Part shown: positions 9,174 to 18,287 of the stretch, one piece after another
Position numbering within the stretch: the first letter of the stretch is position 1
Layout: every line of letters begins with the position of its first letter
Source of the DNA: an uncultured Actinomycetes bacterium
GTDB lineage: Bacteria > Actinomycetota > UBA4738 > HRBIN12
Assembly: GCA_963704885.1 (NCBI GenBank)
Contig: CAVPIB010000007.1
Span: forward strand, 128,001-192,000
Length of the DNA: 64,000 bases
Reading direction: 5' to 3'
The notes under the pieces: model-generated
What the model saw: only the letters and a program-made list of their open reading frames with translations
Database searches by the model: none
Told to the model about the DNA's origin: nothing
Program-made: the position numbers and the translations under genes

Positions 9174-11594
9174 GTGGATCGCGCTCGGGCCGTCGTGATC
9201 GGTGGCGGGGTCACCGGTTGCAGCATCCTTCTGCACCTGGCAGAGGCGGGATGGACGGATGTCCTGCTCCTGGACAAGGGTGAGCTGACGAGCGGCTCCA
9301 CGTGTCACGCGGCCGGGCTCGTCACGATGTTCAACCCGTCGCCCACGATGATGCGGTTCCGGCGCTACTCGATCGAGCGATACCGGGAGCTCGGCGTATT
9401 CGAGACGGTCGGCGGATTGAGGTTCGCTTCGAGCCGCGACCAGTTCATGGAGCTGCAACGCGGGGTGTCTCGGGCGAAGGGCATCGGACTCGATGTCGAG
9501 CTCTTGTCGGCGGATGAGGCGCGCGCGTTGATGCCGGCCGCGTCGCCCGAAGAGCTACACGGCGCCGTCTACGTCCCCGGCGACGGATACCTGGATCCAC
9601 ACGGCGCCACCCATGCCCTGGCGGCGGCGGCGCGCTCGCTCGGAGCCACGATCGAGACGGGTGTCCGCGTGACGGGCATCGAGCTGTCGGAACGACGCGA
9701 GGTGACGGCCGTCCTCACCGACCGCGGTCGGATCGAGACCGAGGTCGTCGTCAACGCGGCGGGGATCTGGGCGCCGCGTGTCGCGGCCATGGTCGGCGCG
9801 TTCGTTCCCTCTACACCGGTCGACCACCAGCACGTCGCGCTGAAGGCGGTCCCCGGATCCGAGTTGCCGAACGACATGCCGTGCTTCCGCGACCCGGACA
9901 ACCTGGTTTACGGCAAGGCCGAGTCGGGCGGGATCCTATTCGGTGGGTACGAGCCCGATCCCGTCGCGCGCTGGGTCGACGGTGTTCCATGGGAGCACGG
10001 AGGCCGCGCGCTTCCCGCCGACATGGGACGGTTCGAGCAACTGATGCAGGGTGCGGCGCGAAGGTTCCCGTTCGTCGCCGATGCTGAGATCGTGAAGCTC
10101 GTCTGCCATCCCGACGCGATGACGCCCGATGCCAACCCTCTGCTGGGACCGATGCCCGGTGTGCGTGGCTTCTTCATGGCGGCGGGGCTCTCACTGAACG
10201 GGTTCGGGGGCGCCGGCGGCATCGGCAAGACCGTGGCCGAATGGGTGACCGCCGACGAAACGGAGCTCGACGTCTTGTCCTACCGGGCGTGGCGCTTCGG
10301 GCATGTCTATCGCGACCCTTCTTGGGCCGCCGAGGTTGCCCGCGAGACCTACCGCTACTACTACGAGTTGCGCTATCCGTTCGATCAGGACGAGTTCGGA
10401 CGACCCAGACGCGAGAGCCCCTTGATGTCCCGGCTCCAGGACGCCGGTGCGGTCTTCGGCGCGAAGAACGGATGGGAGCGGACCGAATACGTGGCGCCGG
10501 GGGAGCCGTGGCGGCGTGCGGGAGCCGACCAGCGAGCCTGGGGATGGACCGAGCCGCCGTTCTACATGCGCGTGGCGCAGGAGCACCGGGCCGTCCGCGA
10601 GCGCGTCGGGTTGTTCGACATGACGTCGTTCGGGAAGATCGACGTCTCTGGCCGGGACGCGCTTGCGGTGCTCGAGCGCGTGTCGGACAACCGGATCGAT
10701 CGTCCGATCGGAAGCGTCGTCTACACGCAGTTCCTTGAGCGACGCGGCGGGATCGTCGCCGATGTGACGGTGACCCGGCTCGGGAAGGATCGGTTCCGAG
10801 TGATCACAGGCTCTGGGACGATCGACGCCGACCTCGGGTGGATCCGGGCGAACTTGCGGGATGGTGAAGACGTTGAGCTCCTCGACGCGACGGAGGGTCT
10901 TGCGGTGATCGGTCTTTGGGGACCTGCGGCTCGCGCCGTGCTGGAGGCCGTCAGTGACGACGATGTCTCCGGCGGCGGGTTCCCATTCATGCAAGCTCGC
11001 AAGATCGTGGTCGGGGGCGCGCGAGCTTTCGCGCAACGCGTGACCTACGTGGGGGAGCTGGGGTGGGAGCTGTACGTGGAGCCTGAGTGGGCGACCCAGG
11101 TATGGGACCGACTGAGGCAGGCAGGAGCGCCGCACGGTATCGCCATCGCCGGGTATCGCGCGCTCGACTCGCTCCGGATCGAGAAGGGCTACCGGTACTT
11201 CGGGACGGACCTAACGATGCTGGACGATCCCTTCCAGGCGGGACTTGCGGCGTGCGTGCGTCTGGAGAAGGAGTCATTCGTGGGTCGCGACGCCCTCGTG
11301 GCGAAGCTCGAAGCCGGAGCGCCGACGCGTCGCCTCCGGACGCTCCTCGTCGGAGCGGAGGCCTACGTCCCGATCTACGGCGGAGAGGCGGTTCTGGTCG
11401 ATAGGGGCGTTGTCGGGCGGCTCCGCAGCTGTGCCTACGGGTTCACGGTCGGGCGGAACATCGCATACGCCTACCTCCCGACGGAGCTCGGGCCGGGTGA
11501 CCGGGTCGATGTGGAAGCCTTCGGAGAGCCGATCCCCGCGGAGGTGGCCGACGATGTGTCCGTCGATCCCGCGGGTGAGCGGATCCGTGCCTAG
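9174..11594 (+). CDS. GcvT-family FAD/THF amine dehydrogenase (dimethylglycine/sarcosine dehydrogenase-like), copy 1
   Basis: IGGGVTG, TSGSTCHAAG, TPDANPLLG, GWER, FDMTSFGK, YVGELGWEL, LRIEKGY; start GTG 9174. Confidence 0.92.
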   Translation: MDRARAVVIGGGVTGCSILLHLAEAGWTDVLLLDKGELTSGSTCHAAGLVTMFNPSPTMMRFRRYSIERYRELGVFETVGGLRFASSRDQFMELQRGVSRAKGIGLDVELLSADEARALMPAASPEELHGAVYVPGDGYLDPHGATHALAAAARSLGATIETGVRVTGIELSERREVTAVLTDRGRIETEVVVNAAGIWAPRVAAMVGAFVPSTPVDHQHVALKAVPGSELPNDMPCFRDPDNLVYGKAESGGILFGGYEPDPVARWVDGVPWEHGGRALPADMGRFEQLMQGAARRFPFVADAEIVKLVCHPDAMTPDANPLLGPMPGVRGFFMAAGLSLNGFGGAGGIGKTVAEWVTADETELDVLSYRAWRFGHVYRDPSWAAEVARETYRYYYELRYPFDQDEFGRPRRESPLMSRLQDAGAVFGAKNGWERTEYVAPGEPWRRAGADQRAWGWTEPPFYMRVAQEHRAVRERVGLFDMTSFGKIDVSGRDALAVLERVSDNRIDRPIGSVVYTQFLERRGGIVADVTVTRLGKDRFRVITGSGTIDADLGWIRANLRDGEDVELLDATEGLAVIGLWGPAARAVLEAVSDDDVSGGGFPFMQARKIVVGGARAFAQRVTYVGELGWELYVEPEWATQVWDRLRQAGAPHGIAIAGYRALDSLRIEKGYRYFGTDLTMLDDPFQAGLAACVRLEKESFVGRDALVAKLEAGAPTRRLRTLLVGAEAYVPIYGGEAVLVDRGVVGRLRSCAYGFTVGRNIAYAYLPTELGPGDRVDVEAFGEPIPAEVADDVSVDPAGERIRA

Positions 11595-11604
11595 GAGCTG
11601 ATGG

Positions 11605-12507
11605 ATGGGTCCGAGCATCGAGCAGGTGGTCGAGCGGGTCTCGCTCTGGAGCCCAGACGAGGTCTCTGTCTCGGAGCTTTCGGGCGGTCTCACCAACCAG
11701 AACTTCCTCGTCACGCGCGGGGACCAACGGTTCGTCGTCCGGATCCCGGGCGCATCCACCGAGCTTCTGGCCGTCGACCGCCGCAACGAGCGCCACAATG
11801 CCGAGGCGGCTGCGACCACCGGCGTGTCGCCACGGGTGCTCGAGTACCTGCAGGAGTGGTCGGTGATGGTGCTCGAGTTCATCGACGGGGAGACCATGTC
11901 GCCCGGGCGCCTGCGGGAGCCCTCGATGCCGGCCCGCATCGCTGCGTCACTCCATCGTCTGCACGCCGGCCCGCCGTTCTTGCATGACTTCGACATGTTC
12001 CGGATCACCGACTACTACCTCGGGATCATCGCGGGGCGCGACGTGCGGATCCCCGGTGGCTTCCGCGATCGGATGGACACCGTCGCCGACATCGAACGCG
12101 TCCTCGCCGTCAACGCCCGACCTCCCGTGCCGTGTCACAACGATCTTCTCGCCGAGAACTACATCGACGACGGGCGGCAGCTCTGGATCATCGACTTCGA
12201 ATACAGCGGGAACGACGATCCGTGCTTCGAGCTGGGCGACACCGCACAGGAGTGCGGCTACGACCGTGACCAGAAGGCGGCCCTCTGCGCCGCTTACTTC
12301 GGCCGTGAGGATCCGGTACAACTCGCGCGGATGGAGCTATACGCGATGATGGCCGACGTCGGCTGGACGCTCTGGGCGGCTATCCAGGCGCAGATCTCCA
12401 CGATCGACTTCGACTTCTGGGGTTGGGCCGTCGAACGGTGGGACAGGGCCACCGCGGTGATGGATGGCGGTGGGTTCGATCAGCTCCGCAACGCCGCGAC
12501 GTCGTGA
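11605..12507 (+). CDS. choline/ethanolamine kinase-like phosphotransferase, copy 1
   Basis: LSGGLTNQNF, VVRIPG, CHNDLLAEN (Brenner motif), IIDFEYSG. Confidence 0.88.
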   Translation: MGPSIEQVVERVSLWSPDEVSVSELSGGLTNQNFLVTRGDQRFVVRIPGASTELLAVDRRNERHNAEAAATTGVSPRVLEYLQEWSVMVLEFIDGETMSPGRLREPSMPARIAASLHRLHAGPPFLHDFDMFRITDYYLGIIAGRDVRIPGGFRDRMDTVADIERVLAVNARPPVPCHNDLLAENYIDDGRQLWIIDFEYSGNDDPCFELGDTAQECGYDRDQKAALCAAYFGREDPVQLARMELYAMMADVGWTLWAAIQAQISTIDFDFWGWAVERWDRATAVMDGGGFDQLRNAATS

Positions 12508-12557
12508 CGACGCCGATGTTGACGGGACGCGTGCCTCGGGGGACCCTGGCTTCGTTC

Positions 12558-12857
12558 ATGAAGGTCGTTGCCACCCCTGAGGTCGTCGAGTTCATCCGCC
12601 AGCGCGGCGGGGAGATCTTCGTGTGGTCCGTGACCATGGAGTACGGCTACGCGCGAGGGAGCGTCTTCGTGCTTGAGGCATCGGTGGAGTCACCCGGCGC
12701 CGAACGGGGATTCGTGCGGTTCGAGGGCGAGGGCATCACGGTCTTCTACGAGCCTGGGGAGCGTGGGACGCCCGACTCGCTACACCTGACGCTTCGCGGG
12801 CGCGCTCGCAAGCGGGTCGCCGCCTACTGGAACGGCCACAGCTACGGGACCGAGTGA
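12558..12857 (+). CDS. small hypothetical protein
   Basis: MKVVATPEVVEFIRQRGG...AYWNGHSYGTE; protein-like composition; fills the gap between convergent operons. Confidence 0.6.
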   Translation: MKVVATPEVVEFIRQRGGEIFVWSVTMEYGYARGSVFVLEASVESPGAERGFVRFEGEGITVFYEPGERGTPDSLHLTLRGRARKRVAAYWNGHSYGTE

Positions 12858-12869
12858 GTCGAGCGTCCG

Positions 12870-14153
12870 TCAGGGCTCGAGCGCCAAGGCGTCGACGAGC
12901 CGGTCGGTCCCGCCGGTTCGCAGGAGCGCCTTCGCCCGGTCGGCCGGCCCCTCCCGGCGCTCGAGCCGGTCGCGGATCGGGTCGAGCATCGGCTCCTCGC
13001 CGAGCCCTCGGCTGCCCAGGCCCGCGGCGGCCAGATCGGCCAGCGTCGACAAGAAGCCCGGCGACGGTTCCTCGGCCTTGATGCCGTGGCCGACCGCCCG
13101 TCGCCGATAGGCGAGGAGCGCACGCCACCCTTCGACGCCCGGGAACGTCTCGTCGAGGTACGAAGCGACCTCGGCGTTCGCTTCGACCAAGCCGACCGAC
13201 AGGGCCGCCGCCGCGAACGAGGCCTCGGGCTGTTGGCAGGCCGGCCGGATCTCGAGCGTGCCGAGGCGGGCACGCGGGCGTGCGCTCGGCCATAGGTAAT
13301 GCTCGTGGTAGAGCCATTCCTCGAGGTCGGGGCCCCGCCGGGCGAGTCGCTTGGCGAAAGGCATCGCCGGCTCCACGAATCCCCCTCGACCGTCGGGCAG
13401 GACGAGTGCCCGGAAGCCCACCGTCCAGCGCACGTAGTCCTCGGCGTCGACGAACCGCCTGGGCACCGCCCCGTTGCGGAAGGGCTCTCCGGACACGCGC
13501 GCGGACAGGGCCTCACGTCCCGACGCCGCGCCGGGCCGGCCGCCGTAGATCGACGAGTTCGCACACAGGGCGATCAGCGCGCCGGAGCAACCGTTCATGG
13601 CGTTCATAGCGCGCACCAGCTCGTCGCGTCCGACGTCCACGTGCACCTGGTCGCTCGCTGTCACCGTCCACCGGAGCCATCCGAGGCCTATCGCGCGCAC
13701 GAGCGCCTCGTAGCGGACCTTCGGCGTCAGTAGGTCGTTGGCCGGTGGCGTCCGGGGCTGGATGCCGTAGCCGAGCAGGCGGTATCCCGCTTCCCGGGCA
13801 ACGCCGCCGACCAAGCGCAGCGCGGGGACGAGGTCCTCCGCGAGCTCTGTCAGCGATCGGCGCGGTCCGACCCCGATCTCAACCGTGCCTTTGCCGACCT
13901 CAGCCAGGCAGAACCACCGGCGCGCCTCGACGCCGATCAACAGACCCGATGGGTCGTGCATGGCGGGCGCGTCCGTCGCATACAGCAGTGGGTTCCACAG
14001 GTCCGACGAGTCGCCGGCGCGGCCGTTCGCGTCGACGAGCGGAAGTTCGGCCTCGCGTCCCACCGATCGTGCGCCACTCCGTCGCGCGGGGAACCGTGAG
14101 ACGAAGCCTTCCGCGAGAGCCGCGATCCCCGCGTCAAGTCGCGATGTCGGCAT
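12870..14153 (-). CDS. glutamate-cysteine ligase family 2 (GCS2/EgtA-like) carboxylate-amine ligase
   Basis: VGREAEL, TASDQVHVD, ALCANSS, WPSARPR, LEIRPAC. Confidence 0.8.
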   Translation of the reverse strand: MPTSRLDAGIAALAEGFVSRFPARRSGARSVGREAELPLVDANGRAGDSSDLWNPLLYATDAPAMHDPSGLLIGVEARRWFCLAEVGKGTVEIGVGPRRSLTELAEDLVPALRLVGGVAREAGYRLLGYGIQPRTPPANDLLTPKVRYEALVRAIGLGWLRWTVTASDQVHVDVGRDELVRAMNAMNGCSGALIALCANSSIYGGRPGAASGREALSARVSGEPFRNGAVPRRFVDAEDYVRWTVGFRALVLPDGRGGFVEPAMPFAKRLARRGPDLEEWLYHEHYLWPSARPRARLGTLEIRPACQQPEASFAAAALSVGLVEANAEVASYLDETFPGVEGWRALLAYRRRAVGHGIKAEEPSPGFLSTLADLAAAGLGSRGLGEEPMLDPIRDRLERREGPADRAKALLRTGGTDRLVDALALEP

Positions 14154-14158
14154 CGTCG

Positions 14159-14824
14159 TCAGAACGAGGCGTGGTCGCCGGCGGAGGTGACCAGCTGCAC
14201 CGTGGCCTCCTCCAGCAGCGCGGCATCCGGCCCCAATCGGAACGCGTTCAGCTCGCAGTTCAGGATGTCGAACTCGAGGGCGTGGTACGGGTCCTGCCCG
14301 CGGACGGCAGCGTGGAGCTGCTGCAGGAAGTTCTGATGCGAGAAGACCGCCACGTGCCTCCCGCCGTGTCGCTCGAGCAGGGCGTCCAGGGACTTATGCG
14401 CACGATCGTGGAGCGCGTCGAAGCTCTCGCCACCCGGTGGGTTCAGCGAGTACCGCATGTGCTCGATCTGGAGGTACTTCACGTGTGGGAAACGCTCGGG
14501 CACCTCGCTCGGATCGATCCCTTCCATCTGCCCGAACGACCGCTCCGTGCACCCTTCGTCGATCTCCAGGCGCTCGTACGGCCATCCGGTCACGAGCTCG
14601 GCCGTCTCGACGGCCCGCACGAGCGGGGAGGTGACGACCACGTCGAGCGGCGTACCGGCGAACCGGGAGCCTGCCTCCCGCGCCTGCGCGCGACCCTCGT
14701 CGATCAAAGGGACGTCGATCCTGCCGCCCACCCGCTTATCGCGGTTCAGCTCGGTTAGACCGTGACGGACCGTCATCACGACCGTCTGGCCTGCCTCGGC
14801 CTCGAAAGGGAGCATGCCGCTCAC
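14159..14824 (-). CDS. histidine phosphatase (phosphoglycerate mutase family)
   Basis: VRHGLT, SPLVRAVETA, ERSFGQMEG, PGGES, FSH. Confidence 0.9.
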   Translation of the reverse strand: MSGMLPFEAEAGQTVVMTVRHGLTELNRDKRVGGRIDVPLIDEGRAQAREAGSRFAGTPLDVVVTSPLVRAVETAELVTGWPYERLEIDEGCTERSFGQMEGIDPSEVPERFPHVKYLQIEHMRYSLNPPGGESFDALHDRAHKSLDALLERHGGRHVAVFSHQNFLQQLHAAVRGQDPYHALEFDILNCELNAFRLGPDAALLEEATVQLVTSAGDHASF

Positions 14825-17259
14825 GCGCGGATCCGCTCGCCCCTCGGGTCCCAGAGCGGATCGTTCGCGACGACCGATGGGACGAGCTCACCGAACACTT
14901 CGATCTCGCACGCGGTTCCGGCGACCGCCATCTCGATCGGGAGGTACGCGTAGGCGATCGACGCGCCGACCGTGTAGCCGAGGCCGCCGCTCGTGACCCT
15001 CGATACGACGCGACCGCCGTGGGACACGGGTTCGTTGCCCAGGGTCATGGCTCTCCCGTCGGCCAATGTTAGGCACGAGAGCTTGCGCGTGAGGCCACCG
15101 GCCATGGCGCGCTCGAGCGCTTCGTTCCCGATGAATCCCGGCACGTCCATGCGGACCGCGAAACCCAATCCCGCCTCGAACGGGTGCTCCTCTGGCGTGA
15201 TGTCCGCGCTCCATGCGCGATAGCCCTTCTCAAGGCGGAGCGTGTCGATCGCCCGGTAGCCAGCAGGGATCACCCCGTGCGGTTCGCCTGCGGCCATCAG
15301 CGTGTCCCAGAGCGCGCCGGCGAACTCGACCTTGGGATATAGCTCCCATCCCAGCTCGCCGACGTATGTGACGCGCAGCGCCAGACAGGGCACGTTACCC
15401 ACCACGATCTCGCGCGCCGTCATATAGGGGAAGCCGTCGTTCGACACGTCGTCGGTCGTCGCGGACGAGAGGATGTCGCGTGCCCTCGGACCCCACAGGC
15501 CGAAGCAACCCATCGTGCCTGTCACGTCGCGGACCTCCACGCCGTTGAACCCACCTTCGCCGATCTGTTTGCGGATCCACCCCAGATCGTGGTTCCCGAA
15601 CGCCGTGCCGGTGACGAGGAGGTAGCGGTCCTCGTCGAGGCGCGTGGCCGTCAGGTCGCACTCGACACCGCCGCGCGAGTTCAGTAGCTGCGTGTAGACC
15701 ACCGAGCCGGGTTCGCGGTCGACGTCGTTCGCGCAGAGCCGCTGCAGGAACGGGGTCGCCCCGTCACCGCTGATCTCGATCTTCGCGAAGCTCGACTCGT
15801 CGAAGAGGCCCGCGCGCTCCCGTGTGGCGATGTGCTCCGCCGGGATCGCGCTCGACCAGTGCTCGCCGGCCCATCCGCGCGGCCGCGATCCTTCGAGCGA
15901 TGGATCCTCGTTCGAGCTGAACCAGTTGGCGCGTTCCCAGCCCGATTTCTCGCCGAACTCCGCTCCGAGCTCCTGCAGTCGACCGTACGTCGGAGCCGTC
16001 TTGAGCGGTCTTCCCGCCTGCCGCTCCTCGCCCGGGTAGTGGATGTCGTAGTAAGTGGCGTACACCTCGTAGGCGCGCTCACGCGCGTAGTTCCGCGATC
16101 GGTACTGCGGGCCGAACCTCCGGATGTCCATCTTCCATAGGTCGAACTCCGGCTCGCCGTGCACGATCCAATCGGCCATGACCTTGCCGATCCCACCGGC
16201 GCCCGCGATCCCGTGGGCGCAGAAGCCGGCTGCCACGAAGAACCCGCGCACGTCGGACTCGCCCAAGATGAACTCGCCGTCGGGCGTGAACGCCTCGGGT
16301 CCGTTGATCATGGTCACGACCTCGGCCGTTTGCAGGACGGGGACGAGGCCGAACGCGTTCTCGGCCAGCTGCTCGAAGCGTTCCCAGTCTTCGGGCAGCA
16401 GCTGGTGGTTGAAGTCCGCGGGCGGGCCTTCCTGCACCGCCCACGTGGCCGGGTTCCGTTCGTACCCACCCATCACCAGGCCGCCGCCCGCCTCGCCGCG
16501 GAAGTACACGAGCCTGTCGGGGTCTCGCATGGTCGGCAGGTCGACGCTTCCACCCTCTACCGGTTTCGTCAGCAGGTACTGATGCGCGAACGGCACCACG
16601 GGCACCTCGACGCCGGCCAGATGCCCGATCTGGTTGGCGTACATCCCTCCGGCGTTCACCACGATGTCGGCGGTGATCGAGCCGTGTTCCCGAGTGATGA
16701 CGCCGCGAACACGACCGTCCCGGACGTCGATGCCGGTCACCCGCGTGCTGGGCCGGACATCGGCGCCTCGTCGCCGGGCGCCCTCCGCTAACGCGAGCGT
16801 GAGGTTGCTGGGGTCGAGATGGCCGTCGGTCGGGATGAAGGCGGCTCCCTGCACCCCCGCCGGATCGAACAGTGGGAACCGCTGGTGCGCGTCCTCGGTG
16901 GAGATGACCTCGAGGGGCAGTCCGAACGTGTGTGCCCAGCCCTCCTGGCGGCGGAGCTCCTGCATGCGTTCGTCGGTCGAGGCGAGCCGGAGCGACCCCA
17001 CCTCGTGCCATCCCGGATCCACGCCTGTCTCATGCGCCAATCGCCGGTAGAGCTCGGCCGAGTACATCATCATCCGCGTCAGTGAGACGCTCGATCGTAG
17101 CTGTCCGACCAGCCCCGCCGAATGGAAGGTGGATCCCGAGGTGAGCTCGTTCCGGTCCACGAGCAGTATGTCTTGCCAGCCGAGCTCGGCGAGGTGATAG
17201 GCGATGCTCGCGCCGGCGACGCCGCCGCCGACCACGATCGCCCGGAACGACTCGGTCAT
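14821..17259 (-). CDS. GcvT-family FAD/THF amine dehydrogenase, copy 2
   Basis: MTESFRAIVVGGGVAG, TSGSTFHSAG, GPEAFTPDG, GWERANWF, YVGELGWEL, LRLEKGY; ATGA coupling with the kinase. Confidence 0.93.
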   Translation of the reverse strand: MTESFRAIVVGGGVAGASIAYHLAELGWQDILLVDRNELTSGSTFHSAGLVGQLRSSVSLTRMMMYSAELYRRLAHETGVDPGWHEVGSLRLASTDERMQELRRQEGWAHTFGLPLEVISTEDAHQRFPLFDPAGVQGAAFIPTDGHLDPSNLTLALAEGARRRGADVRPSTRVTGIDVRDGRVRGVITREHGSITADIVVNAGGMYANQIGHLAGVEVPVVPFAHQYLLTKPVEGGSVDLPTMRDPDRLVYFRGEAGGGLVMGGYERNPATWAVQEGPPADFNHQLLPEDWERFEQLAENAFGLVPVLQTAEVVTMINGPEAFTPDGEFILGESDVRGFFVAAGFCAHGIAGAGGIGKVMADWIVHGEPEFDLWKMDIRRFGPQYRSRNYARERAYEVYATYYDIHYPGEERQAGRPLKTAPTYGRLQELGAEFGEKSGWERANWFSSNEDPSLEGSRPRGWAGEHWSSAIPAEHIATRERAGLFDESSFAKIEISGDGATPFLQRLCANDVDREPGSVVYTQLLNSRGGVECDLTATRLDEDRYLLVTGTAFGNHDLGWIRKQIGEGGFNGVEVRDVTGTMGCFGLWGPRARDILSSATTDDVSNDGFPYMTAREIVVGNVPCLALRVTYVGELGWELYPKVEFAGALWDTLMAAGEPHGVIPAGYRAIDTLRLEKGYRAWSADITPEEHPFEAGLGFAVRMDVPGFIGNEALERAMAGGLTRKLSCLTLADGRAMTLGNEPVSHGGRVVSRVTSGGLGYTVGASIAYAYLPIEMAVAGTACEIEVFGELVPSVVANDPLWDPRGERIRA

Positions 17260-18194
17260 TCGACCGCCTCCTCGGCGGCCGCGCGCAACCACTCGCCGAA
17301 CCGCTCGTCCGATGCGCTCGCCAGACATCGCGCGAAGTGCCGCTCGGCGTAGTCCACGTAGTCGAACTCCAGGGTGGAGATGGCCTGCTGAACCACGCCC
17401 CACATCGCCTCGCGGAAGTCCGACATGATGCGCATCAACTGCAGCCGCGCCCGATGCGCGTCGTTGACTTGGACGAAGTACAGCTTCAACAATAGCTCCT
17501 GGGCGTCCTCACTCAATCCGTTGTTGATCGACAGGTTCCCCAGATCGAAGAAGGGATCGCCCATCCCGCCGTACTCGTAGTCCACGATCCACACGTGATC
17601 GCCATCGAGCAGGAAGTTCGCGTTCAGTAGGTCGTTGTGGCACGGGCGGTCCGCGAGCGGTTGCTTCGTGAGCGCCGCCTCGATGGCATCCGCCTTGGCG
17701 TGAGTCTCATCGAAGGCCGGGGGCGCCGAGATGCCGCGCTCGGCCGCGATCACGCGATAGTCCTCCACGATCCTGAAGACCGGGAACGTGGATGGGAGCG
17801 GGGGTCCCGCGTGTATCGCTCGAACTGACCGAACCACGGCCGCGAGCACGTCCGCTCGTTGCAGGTCCGCCTCTGGTATGTGCGTCCCCCTTACGAACCG
17901 GGTGATCAGAGCTCCGAAGCCGGGGAGGTAGGCGAAGACATCGGGGGCCACGCCCGCCCGGGCCGCCGCGCTCGCGGCCTCGTTCTCGGCGGCACGATCG
18001 ATCCCGAGCAACTCCGTGTCCTTGCCCGATAGTCGGACCACGAACGACTCGCCACCGATGTCGAGCTTGAAGTTGCGGTTCGTGATGCCGATCGTGATCG
18101 GCGTGACTTCCGGTTCCAGACCCTGCCACTCGGGGATGGCCTCCACGACCGAGGCGAGCGCCGGATCGAGCTCCGAATCCTGGCTCGCGTTCAC
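17256..18194 (-). CDS. choline/ethanolamine kinase-like phosphotransferase, copy 2
   Basis: GITNRNF, CHNDLLNANF, IVDYEYGG, DLGNL. Confidence 0.88.
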   Translation of the reverse strand: MNASQDSELDPALASVVEAIPEWQGLEPEVTPITIGITNRNFKLDIGGESFVVRLSGKDTELLGIDRAAENEAASAAARAGVAPDVFAYLPGFGALITRFVRGTHIPEADLQRADVLAAVVRSVRAIHAGPPLPSTFPVFRIVEDYRVIAAERGISAPPAFDETHAKADAIEAALTKQPLADRPCHNDLLNANFLLDGDHVWIVDYEYGGMGDPFFDLGNLSINNGLSEDAQELLLKLYFVQVNDAHRARLQLMRIMSDFREAMWGVVQQAISTLEFDYVDYAERHFARCLASASDERFGEWLRAAAEEAVE

Positions 18195-18200
18195 GCCTGG

Positions 18201-18242
18201 AAGCTACGCCCGATGTTCGTTCCTGGTCAAGACTGAACGAAC
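18201..18242 (-). promoter_or_regulatory. promoter TTGACC-N18-TAGCTT (probably leaderless) overlapped by inverted repeat GTTCGTTC-N12-GAACGAAC
   Basis: -10 box ends 7 nt before GTG 18194; no SD; the inverted repeat straddles the -35 box. Confidence 0.6.
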
Positions 18243-18287
18243 CTGAGCGTTAGCGGTCCGTAATGCCCCGAGGAGTACCTTTGGAGG

